Shown piece by piece: positions 1 to 7,351 of a DNA stretch of 32,000 nucleotides (position 1 is its first letter; every line of letters begins with the position of its first letter). The stretch comes from Calothrix sp. 336/3. GTDB taxonomy: Bacteria > Cyanobacteriota > Cyanobacteriia > Cyanobacteriales > Nostocaceae. Position numbers and translations under genes: made by a program. The notes under the pieces were generated by a model. That model was given only the letters and a program-made list of their open reading frames with translations. It did not search any database and was not told where the DNA came from. Where the stretch lies: contig NZ_CP011382.1 in assembly GCF_000734895.2 (NCBI RefSeq), forward strand, positions 690,700-722,699, read 5' to 3'.

Positions 1-41
1 TAGACCCAAAATACGCTTACCAAAAATTCAGGATAAAACCC

Positions 42-302
42 ATGAGAACTAATGTTGTCTTAACAAACCCCTCTGCATTCAGTCCGACGAATGCTGACTT
101 AACAAGTAACTCCGTATTTACCCCTGTTGTTTTCAAAACTAGTTTCAATCACTTTGAGAAAATCAATGCAACTCAAGCCTGGTCACTGCTTTTCACTGGA
201 GGCAAAAAAGATAGGGCGCTGGGACTTAGCCCTATGGTCGGTCGCCTGCTAACTCTCGGCTTGTTCGCGGTTACAAGTATCCCCTTGTTCCAAACTTTCT
301 AA
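42..302 (+). CDS. hypothetical small protein (86 aa) with a hydrophobic C-terminal segment
   Basis: ORF in the track. AGGA lies 7 nt upstream of the ATG. The C-terminal stretch MVGRLLTLGLFAVTSIPLF looks like a TM helix. No family recognised. Confidence 0.3.
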   Translation: MRTNVVLTNPSAFSPTNADLTSNSVFTPVVFKTSFNHFEKINATQAWSLLFTGGKKDRALGLSPMVGRLLTLGLFAVTSIPLFQTF

Positions 303-431
303 GCAAAAGGTTCGTGTTGCGAAATGTTATCGCCAATATGGGTATAGATCACTGGTCATAATTCAGTCATTTTTGTACCCTAACTGTGCCATTCCAAGAG
401 CCAATTAAAATAACTAGATTGGAGAAATATT

Positions 432-590
432 ATGTCAAAACAGAAAAAAGGCAATAGAGAAGTCAAAAAATCTAAAAAGCCATCGGATGGCACTAAGAAA
501 CAAAAGAAAGATCCCAACAGACATGATGGAGTGGTGACACGTATAGTCAAAAGTTCAAATGAACAACGAAACATTGAACCGAAAACATAA
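432..590 (+). CDS. small lysine-rich basic protein (52 aa), absent from the ORF track because it is under 60 aa
   Basis: My own translation gives [52 protein letters not shown], ending at TAA 588-590. GGAG at 421-424 lies 7 nt upstream of the ATG. It is on the same strand as the HLIP gene and immediately upstream of it. The antisense 74-aa ORF at 380..604 is F/L/C-rich, as expected for the complement of Lys codons. Confidence 0.4.
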   Translation: MSKQKKGNREVKKSKKPSDGTKKQKKDPNRHDGVVTRIVKSSNEQRNIEPKT

Positions 591-622
591 TGATTTCTCG
601 CCAAAAATCTGGAGTATTAACC

Positions 623-802
623 ATGTCAGCAAAAATAAATATGAACTCTTCAATGAAAAATAAACAAAATATTGGGCTTTGGGGATTTACACCTCAAGCT
701 GAACTTTGGAATGGTCGTTTAGCAATGATTGGGTTCATGTCAGCTATCCTAATTGAAGCTTTTTCTGGTCAAGGTTTGCTTCACTTCTGGAGTATTCTCT
801 AA
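623..802 (+). CDS. high-light-inducible protein (HLIP; one-helix CAB/ELIP/HLIP family)
   Basis: Carries the signature chlorophyll-binding helix [22 protein letters not shown] prefer the ATG at 623, which has GGAG at 611-614, over the track start at 590. Confidence 0.85.
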   Translation: MSAKINMNSSMKNKQNIGLWGFTPQAELWNGRLAMIGFMSAILIEAFSGQGLLHFWSIL

Positions 803-872
803 ATTAGCGATTGTAGCCCTAGCTATAGAGTCTAATCAAGAAACAACAGGTTAAATTGAACTTGGTTGAGAA

Positions 873-900
873 CTTCACAGAAAAATTCACAACTGTGAAG
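873..900 (+). other. perfect 8-bp stem hairpin (cttcacag / ctgtgaag, 12-nt loop) about 70 nt downstream of the HLIP stop
   Basis: Inverted repeat read directly from the sequence. No U-tract follows it, so it is only a weak terminator or RNA-stability candidate. Confidence 0.3.
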
Positions 901-1384
901 CCACAAAGCTTAATTAAGTCTGCATAAATAATTATGGCTCTTTGGTAATCGATATGCTAAATCTACATAATCAAAAGCTCAAACCGTTTGCTCTACAAGA
1001 AACATCAGTTTTTTATTCAAGTTTTAGAGCTTTTCCGCGCTTGAGAAGCTTTCACCCAATTTGATAGTAGATTTTGAGTTTGAATTAATAGTTTGGCATA
1101 ACACATACTGAAGAACCTTAATTATCAGTGGTTTGTATAGGACTGATGTTTGATTTTTGTATAAAATCTTGCGATACCGTGCATTTCAGAACGGAGCTTA
1201 TACCGTCAAAATCCCTGAAACTGTGCGTTATTCTGTCGCTAATATACCCTATCTATAGATTTAAAAATCAATTAGCAATTCTATATTTGCATTATGTTTG
1301 AGGTCAGGAAAAACCTAATAAATACCTTACACATTTTGCTTCAAAACCTATAAATAAAACCTCTAAAACTATTGAGTGATAGCG

Positions 1385-3292
1385 ATGGCAATTAAAGAAC
1401 AACCAAATCTCAACCCTTCCCGCCTGTTCGGTAATATTTTTCTGGCGCTGTCAGCTTTGTTCTTGTTCATAAATTTCATATTACCTTTCTTCTTAGGTCC
1501 TCAGATTCCTGGTGTTCCCTATAGTCTGTTTATCCATCAGGTGCAGGTAGGGGAAGTTGAGCGAGTACAAATTGGTCAAAACCAGATTCAATTTCAATTA
1601 AAAACAGTTGATGAAACAGCTGGACAAGTATTTTCTACTACACCTATCTTTGATTTGGGATTACCCAAATTGTTAGAAGAGAAGGGTATTGAATTTGCAG
1701 CAGCGCCTTTGCCGAAGAATGCATGGCTTGGAAATGTTTTGGGTTGGGTGATTCCACCATTAATCTTTGTAGCAATTTGGCAGTTTTTTGTCAGGCGGAG
1801 TGGTGGCGGACCCCAAGGTGTTCTCTCCATTGGTAAGAGCAAAGCCAAAGTTTATGTAGAAGGAGAGTCTGGCAAAATTACCTTTGCAGATGTAGCTGGG
1901 GTAGAGGAAGCTAAGACTGAGTTAGTTGAGGTGGTAGATTTTCTCAAGACTCCAGCACGCTATACCCAAATTGGGGCACGAATTCCCAAGGGAGTGTTAC
2001 TTGTCGGACCACCAGGGACAGGTAAAACCTTGCTGGCAAAAGCCGTGGCTGGAGAAGCAGGTGTGCCGTTTTTTAGTATCTCTGGCTCGGAATTTGTAGA
2101 ACTTTTTGTGGGTGTGGGTTCTTCACGAGTCCGTGATTTGTTTGAGCAGGCAAAGAAACAGGCTCCCTGCATCGTGTTCATTGATGAACTGGACGCGATC
2201 GGCAAGTCTCGCAGCAGTGGTGGGTTCTACGGCGGCAATGATGAGCGGGAACAGACACTCAACCAGTTGCTAGCAGAGATGGACGGGTTTTCCGTGGAAG
2301 ATGCCACAGTGATTGTGCTGGCAGCTACAAATCGCCCGGAAGTATTAGACCCGGCTCTGTTGCGTCCTGGTAGATTTGACCGTCAAGTGTTGGTCGATCG
2401 CCCGGAATTATCGGGACGAGAAGCAATTCTCAAAATCCATGCGCGGAAAGTCAAGCTGGGTGAGGATGTGAATCTGAAGGCGATCGCCACTCGTACTCCT
2501 GGTTTTGCTGGGGCAGACTTGGCTAACCTGGTAAATGAAGCGGCTCTGTTAGCAGCCCGCAATCAACGGCAAACAGTGGCACAGTCAGATTTTGCGGAAG
2601 CGATCGAGCGAGTTGTGGCAGGTTTAGAAAAGAAAAGCCGTGTCCTCAACGAGAAGGAAAAGAAAATTGTCGCTTACCACGAAGTTGGTCATGCTTTAGT
2701 CGGTTCTCTGATGACTACAAGTGGTCGAGTTGAGAAGATTTCTATTGTACCAAGGGGTATGGCAGCACTAGGTTATACGCTGCAACTGCCAACAGAGGAT
2801 CGGTTTCTCATAGACGAAGCCGAATTGCGGGGTCAAATTGCTACCTTGCTTGGTGGGCGTTCAGCTGAAGAGATTGTGTTTAACAGTATTACTACGGGTG
2901 CAGCCAATGATTTGCAAAGAGCAACAGATTTAGCAGAGCGAATGGTGACTACCTACGGAATGAGTAAAATCTTGGGACCCCAGGCATACCAACAGGGACA
3001 ACAACCCATGTTCCTGGGTGATGGTATGTCCAATCCCCGTCGGATGATGAGTGAGGAAACAGCGCAGGCAATTGATCGCGAAGTGAAGGAGATTGTAGAG
3101 ACGGCTCACCAACAAGCTTTGGATACACTCAAGCTCAACCGTGACTTACTGGAGGCGATCGCCACTCAACTCTTAGAGACAGAAGTGATTGAGGGTGAGA
3201 AACTGCACAGTTTGCTGAGTCAAGTTCAAGCCGTAAACAATTTAACCATTTCAGATAAACCTAATTTACATCTTTCAGGAGTTAACTTATGA
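1385..3292 (+). CDS. ftsH: ATP-dependent zinc metalloprotease FtsH
   Basis: N-terminal TM region, AAA+ Walker A GPPGTGKT, Walker [12 protein letters not shown] region, and zinc motif HEVGHA. The track starts at GTG 1376; ATG 1385 (MAIKEQ...) is also possible. Confidence 0.95.
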   Translation: MAIKEQPNLNPSRLFGNIFLALSALFLFINFILPFFLGPQIPGVPYSLFIHQVQVGEVERVQIGQNQIQFQLKTVDETAGQVFSTTPIFDLGLPKLLEEKGIEFAAAPLPKNAWLGNVLGWVIPPLIFVAIWQFFVRRSGGGPQGVLSIGKSKAKVYVEGESGKITFADVAGVEEAKTELVEVVDFLKTPARYTQIGARIPKGVLLVGPPGTGKTLLAKAVAGEAGVPFFSISGSEFVELFVGVGSSRVRDLFEQAKKQAPCIVFIDELDAIGKSRSSGGFYGGNDEREQTLNQLLAEMDGFSVEDATVIVLAATNRPEVLDPALLRPGRFDRQVLVDRPELSGREAILKIHARKVKLGEDVNLKAIATRTPGFAGADLANLVNEAALLAARNQRQTVAQSDFAEAIERVVAGLEKKSRVLNEKEKKIVAYHEVGHALVGSLMTTSGRVEKISIVPRGMAALGYTLQLPTEDRFLIDEAELRGQIATLLGGRSAEEIVFNSITTGAANDLQRATDLAERMVTTYGMSKILGPQAYQQGQQPMFLGDGMSNPRRMMSEETAQAIDREVKEIVETAHQQALDTLKLNRDLLEAIATQLLETEVIEGEKLHSLLSQVQAVNNLTISDKPNLHLSGVNL

Positions 3293-3774
3293 GTATTATT
3301 ACAAAGATGATTGTCAATGCAGATGCGGAGGTTCGCTATTTTACTCCTGGAGAAATGGAGCAAATTAAGATATTTGTTCAAAGTAGCGATCGCCGTCTGC
3401 ATCTGGTAAAAGCTTTAACCCAAAGTCGCGATCGCATTGTCAAAGAAGCTGCCAACCAACTATTTCAAAAAAGTCCACGTCTGGTTTCACCTGGTGGCAA
3501 TGCTTATGGCAAAGAGATGACTGCCACCTGTTTGCGGGATATGGATTACTATCTGCGCTTGATTACCTACAGCGTTGCAGCAGGAGATACGACTCCAATT
3601 CAAGAGATCGGGATTGTGGGTGTTCGCCAAATGTACAGATCTTTGGGTACTCCCATTGATGCTGTTGCTGAAGGTGTTCGTGGAATGAAAAGTATCGCCA
3701 TCTCGATGTTATCGGGGGAAGACGCTACGGAAGTTGGTGCTTATTTTGACTACCTAATTAATGCTCTCAATTAG
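3289..3774 (+). CDS. apcA: allophycocyanin alpha-subunit paralog (ApcA-like, orphan copy)
   Basis: 161 aa with phycobiliprotein globin-fold motifs: SPGGNAYG, the chromophore cysteine context [18 protein letters not shown], and C-terminal GAYFDYL. It is collinear with ApcA as I remember it. Its ATG overlaps the ftsH stop (ATGA). Confidence 0.85.
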   Translation: MSIITKMIVNADAEVRYFTPGEMEQIKIFVQSSDRRLHLVKALTQSRDRIVKEAANQLFQKSPRLVSPGGNAYGKEMTATCLRDMDYYLRLITYSVAAGDTTPIQEIGIVGVRQMYRSLGTPIDAVAEGVRGMKSIAISMLSGEDATEVGAYFDYLINALN

Positions 3775-3819
3775 ACGATAGACATCAAGCAAAATTCATT
3801 ACCTTACCCTATACCCTTG

Positions 3820-3855
3820 TAGAGATATTCCAGTGGAACGTCTCTAGTTTTTTTT
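3820..3855 (+). terminator. Rho-independent terminator after the apcA paralog
   Basis: Hairpin tagagatattcc-agt-ggaacgtctcta, followed by g and a T8 run at 3848-3855. Confidence 0.55.
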
Positions 3856-3873
3856 GGAAGCCCTGGATAAAAA

Positions 3874-4278
3874 TTAGGGTTTTTGGGTGGCGATAGCTAA
3901 TTTTGCTCCTGGTACTTGACGCACCTGATCCATCACTGCCACCACTTGCCCATGCTCTACCTTAGTATCGGCATTAATTACTACTATTGGCTCCGAGTTA
4001 CCACCAGCTAAGGATTGAATCTGGGCTTTGAGATTTTCTACCCTTGCAGGTTGCCGATTCACACTAATTTCTCCCCCTTCTTTCACCGTGACAGTAATCT
4101 TGGTGGGGACTTGCTGCTGTTTTGCCGATGCTGCTTTGGGCAAGTTCACAGGTAAACCCTCAGAACGAGTCAAAAACAGGGTAGACATGATAAAAAAGGT
4201 CAAAATCGCAAAAATCACGTCAATCATCGGCACAATATTAATCTGTGCTGGGATATCTGCATCATCTTGTAGACGCAT
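3874..4278 (-). CDS. exbD: biopolymer transport protein ExbD/TolR
   Basis: MRLQDDADIPAQINIVPMIDVIFAILTFFIM... is a typical ExbD N-terminus with a single TM helix. I prefer ATG 4278, which has GGAGGA 8 nt upstream; the track start at 4302 is the alternative. It overlaps the 3' end of exbB. Confidence 0.85.
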   Translation of the reverse strand: MRLQDDADIPAQINIVPMIDVIFAILTFFIMSTLFLTRSEGLPVNLPKAASAKQQQVPTKITVTVKEGGEISVNRQPARVENLKAQIQSLAGGNSEPIVVINADTKVEHGQVVAVMDQVRQVPGAKLAIATQKP

Positions 4279-4918
4279 AGGACTTTTCCTCCCCTCTCTC
4301 ATAGCGACGACGGTAAAGTAACTCTAACTGCCCACCATATTCTTGAATCAAAGCAATCTGCCGTTGATACAATCCTCGAAAGGTATTGGCAAAGAGTAAG
4401 GTAAAAATTGCGACTATCAAGCCGGAAGCTGTAGATACCAGCGCTTCACTAATACCACCTGTTACCCCTGATGTTTTACTTGCCCCCACATCACCAATAT
4501 TCAAAGATGCGAAGGAAGTAATCAAACCTAGCACTGTTCCTAACAAACCTAACAGGGGGGATAAACTAATAATGGTTTCAAAAATATTGTTGAAACGCTT
4601 GATTACGGGGATTTCTGCCTGCGCTTCACTTTCTAAAGCTAAACGAAATTCTTCCGGAGTTGGTTCTTCTAGCTCCAATGCTGCGAGAAAAATTCGGGCA
4701 ATGGGTAAATCCGCATTTTGTTGTAACTTATCTAACGCACCAACCACATTATCCAGACGATAGAGGTTAAGTACTTCCCTCACAACCCGACTTTGGCGCT
4801 GGGTAATCCCGTACCAAAAGCTGATACGTTCCACTATCAATGCTACAGCAACAACGGAAAATACTAACAGGGGCCACATCACCACGCCACCTGCTGAAAA
4901 TAGCCTATTCAGCATCAT
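4262..4918 (-). CDS. exbB: MotA/TolQ/ExbB proton-channel family protein
   Basis: Three-TM topology and the conserved C-terminal block LGLLGTVLGLI...GGISEALVSTASGLIVAI. It sits immediately upstream of exbD. Confidence 0.85.
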   Translation of the reverse strand: MMLNRLFSAGGVVMWPLLVFSVVAVALIVERISFWYGITQRQSRVVREVLNLYRLDNVVGALDKLQQNADLPIARIFLAALELEEPTPEEFRLALESEAQAEIPVIKRFNNIFETIISLSPLLGLLGTVLGLITSFASLNIGDVGASKTSGVTGGISEALVSTASGLIVAIFTLLFANTFRGLYQRQIALIQEYGGQLELLYRRRYERGEEKSYASTR

Positions 4919-5196
4919 GATTTAGAGCCTTGATTTTTAAGCAATATCACACAACCAAAATATTAGCTGAAAAATAATCTCAGAAATTTTTTGCTTTGTT
5001 TTATTGATAAATTACGATGACTGAGAACCAATGTCAAGTATTGTAGAGATTTGCTGACAGTAATTGGCTAAAGCCTGAGTCTAGAAGCCTAGATTTTGAA
5101 GCCGAATCTAGCTTTTAATGATTTGAATTCATCTTTTTTACGACAGCTTGTCTTAGTTGACTTTTAAGACCTGCCATTCTAAGCTAGCAAGCACTG

Positions 5197-6702
5197 GTGA
5201 AAATTAGTAGCAATAACCTTATGAGTGTTTCTAGTATCGCTGAGTCGCAAAGAGAGCAAGAGATAAAATCCCTGAAAACATTTTTAGCTCTCAGTCTACT
5301 AGGTTCTTTTGTATTCCATATTGGTGTACTGGCTTCCGGGATTGGTAACTTTTTGGCAAGAACTCCCGACTTAGAAGAAGAACCCATAGAAATAACCTTT
5401 GTAGAACCGACACCGATAGAAACACAGCCACCAGTAGAAGCAAAATTAGAAAAGCAACCAGAAGTTAAACCGGAGATACGCAAGGAAGAGAAAGTAGTCG
5501 TTGCCACCCCTGAACCTATGCAGAAAGTCCAACCCTTGAAGGTGGAAAGGGTACAACCCGAAAAACCCAGGGAAGTCGAGAGGGTGGAAAGGGTGCAACC
5601 AGAAAAACCTGTGGAAAGAAATATTTCTAGGGAAATACAGAGGGAGAGAACTGTTGTCAATCCCAATCCTGTATCTGTGGCAAAACCCAACCCAGAGAAC
5701 CCCAGCAGTGATAAGTTAGTGGGGAGACTGCGAGGTATCAGGGATAGCAGAGCAACACCGACGGATAATAGTAGTAGTAATGCGATTTCTCCACTGACTT
5801 CTAACTCTGGAAATGGGGTGACTGTAGAAAGTGGAAATGGGAATGGTAACGGTAACGGCAATAGTAATAACAATGGTGGCGATCGCCTAGGAATTCCTTC
5901 AGAACGTCGCTCACGGGGAATCATTTCCAGCGCACCCACCCAACCGAGAACCCCCAATATAGAAAGTGGCGAACCCTCCTCTCAACTCTCCTCTCCTCGT
6001 TCCGGAAATGGGCGAGCCGCCTGTCGGGAATGTAACACCAGCTACCCAGAGCAAGCCAGAAGACGCGGTGTGGAAGGTCGGGTAGAAGTAGCAGTAGATA
6101 CCGACTCCCAGGGAAATGTGACGAATGTTCGTGTGACTAAATCCAGTGGTAGCGAAGAGTTAGATCGGGCACACGCAGAACAGGCAAGACGATGGAAATT
6201 AAAACCTTCGGAAAGCGGCAGACAGGGGGTAAATATTGCCACAGAATACGCCATCCAAGGTTCTCGCCGCCATCGAGAGGTTCGGGAGCGAAGACAACAA
6301 CGTGAGGCAAGGGAAAGAACTAGGGAAGTGGCAACTGATACTAGTAATCAAAGGGAAGAAACACCCAGACGCAGACGTTTAGAAGCTTCCCTAAATAATT
6401 CCGAAGTTGCGACAACCAGACGCAGAAGACGTATTGAAACCACATCCGAGGAAACTCGCCGTTCTGTAGAACGTAGTCAAACCCCAGTCAGGGAGAGATT
6501 GTCACGGAGATTACGCAGAAATACAGAAGCCACCCGTGTTACACGCAGTGAGTCCACACCATCCACACCTATCCGCAGACGCAGGCGAGAAATTAACCAA
6601 TCTAATTCAGATTCTGGCAACAGACTGAGAAACGCTTTGCGTCGTCGTCGAGAGCTTCCAACTGCTGCACCTGTCGCACCTGCTCCACCACAACCGGAAT
6701 AA
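5197..6702 (+). CDS. TonB-like energy transducer with an arginine-rich C-terminal extension
   Basis: N-terminal TM helix LALSLLGSFVFHIGVLASGIG, Pro/Glu/Lys-rich spacer (EPTPIETQPPVEAKLEKQPEVKPE...), and a TonB_C-like block YPEQARRRGVEGRVEVAVDTDSQGNVTNVRVTKSSGSEELDRAHAEQARRWKLKP. It is divergent from exbBD. The start is GTG 5197 or ATG 5221. Confidence 0.75.
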   Translation: MKISSNNLMSVSSIAESQREQEIKSLKTFLALSLLGSFVFHIGVLASGIGNFLARTPDLEEEPIEITFVEPTPIETQPPVEAKLEKQPEVKPEIRKEEKVVVATPEPMQKVQPLKVERVQPEKPREVERVERVQPEKPVERNISREIQRERTVVNPNPVSVAKPNPENPSSDKLVGRLRGIRDSRATPTDNSSSNAISPLTSNSGNGVTVESGNGNGNGNGNSNNNGGDRLGIPSERRSRGIISSAPTQPRTPNIESGEPSSQLSSPRSGNGRAACRECNTSYPEQARRRGVEGRVEVAVDTDSQGNVTNVRVTKSSGSEELDRAHAEQARRWKLKPSESGRQGVNIATEYAIQGSRRHREVRERRQQREARERTREVATDTSNQREETPRRRRLEASLNNSEVATTRRRRRIETTSEETRRSVERSQTPVRERLSRRLRRNTEATRVTRSESTPSTPIRRRRREINQSNSDSGNRLRNALRRRRELPTAAPVAPAPPQPE

Positions 6703-6844
6703 AGCACAATCGGGTTCAGTTAATGAGATTTGGTTTTTGAAACATAGCCTGGAACCCTTGATAAAGTGATCAACCGCTTCCTATATTGAGAAACTGTTAT
6801 GATGAGGAAAAATCAGTATAATCTCTGAATATTCTTGTTAAGTT

Positions 6845-7279
6845 ATGGAACCAGTAACCTTAACAGCCGTAGGAACTGCGATCGCTACTATAGTTTTAAC
6901 TAAGGCTTTAGAAAAAACAGGCGAAAAGCTGGGAGAAGCTGCATTAGAAAAAAGTAACGAGTTAATCGCAAAGCTACGCCAGAAAAATAAAGTACCTTTG
7001 TTAGCGAATGCGCCAGAGGGAAACGTACAGGAAGCGTTAGATTATGGTCAAGCTGTGTTGGAGTTGAAAGCCGCAGCCGATACAGATACCGAAATTGCTC
7101 AATCGGTGCGGGAAGTAGAAGCAGCCGCAAATGCTGACCCCCAAGTAGCACCGAAAGTTCAGGCTTTAGCAAATGACCTCAACTCACAACCAGCAGGTGT
7201 GATCAATAATGCAAAGTTAGCTGAATCTATTGAAAAATTAGTTCAGGTGGGTACTAACTATGGTGGTATTCACATTTGA
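6845..7279 (+). CDS. helical N-terminal module of a STAND/NLR-like protein, ending at an in-frame TGA
   Basis: 144-aa ORF with a hydrophobic first helix VTLTAVGTAIATIVLTKAL, then an Ala/Glu/Lys-rich sequence that looks predicted-helical. It is in the same reading frame as the NB-ARC ORF downstream, and only one stop (7277-7279) separates them. Confidence 0.6.
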   Translation: MEPVTLTAVGTAIATIVLTKALEKTGEKLGEAALEKSNELIAKLRQKNKVPLLANAPEGNVQEALDYGQAVLELKAAADTDTEIAQSVREVEAAANADPQVAPKVQALANDLNSQPAGVINNAKLAESIEKLVQVGTNYGGIHI

Positions 7280-7351
7280 CTAAAGTCGCCCGAACAGGAA
7301 CGGGTAAAGTCAAATCCTGAAATACCGCAAAATTTACCCCTGAGTGGGGTA

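Noticed and set aside
364-395. HLR1-like (RpaB) direct repeat TGTACC-N5-TGTGCC upstream of the small-ORF/HLIP cluster
   Set aside because: The half-sites deviate from the TGTAA core and the spacing is off by one compared with the consensus I remember. This is not supportable without a matrix scan.
380-604. 74-aa minus-strand ORF in the track
   Set aside because: It is the F/L/C-rich complement of a Lys-codon-rich plus-strand ORF that has a proper SD. The plus-strand reading is preferred, though that one is also unproven.
5184-5957. 257-aa minus-strand ORF antisense to the tonB-like gene
   Set aside because: It lies entirely within the better-supported plus-strand TonB-like ORF. Its translation is low-complexity (L/S/G/T-rich), as expected for the complement of the Pro/Glu/Lys-rich spacer. 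It has no motifs and no RBS.
7277-7279. Selenocysteine recoding of the in-frame TGA in the NLR-like gene
   Set aside because: I saw no obvious SECIS-like hairpin immediately downstream, and there is no reason to expect Sec in a linker region. Plain nonsense mutation, sequencing error or leaky read-through are more parsimonious.
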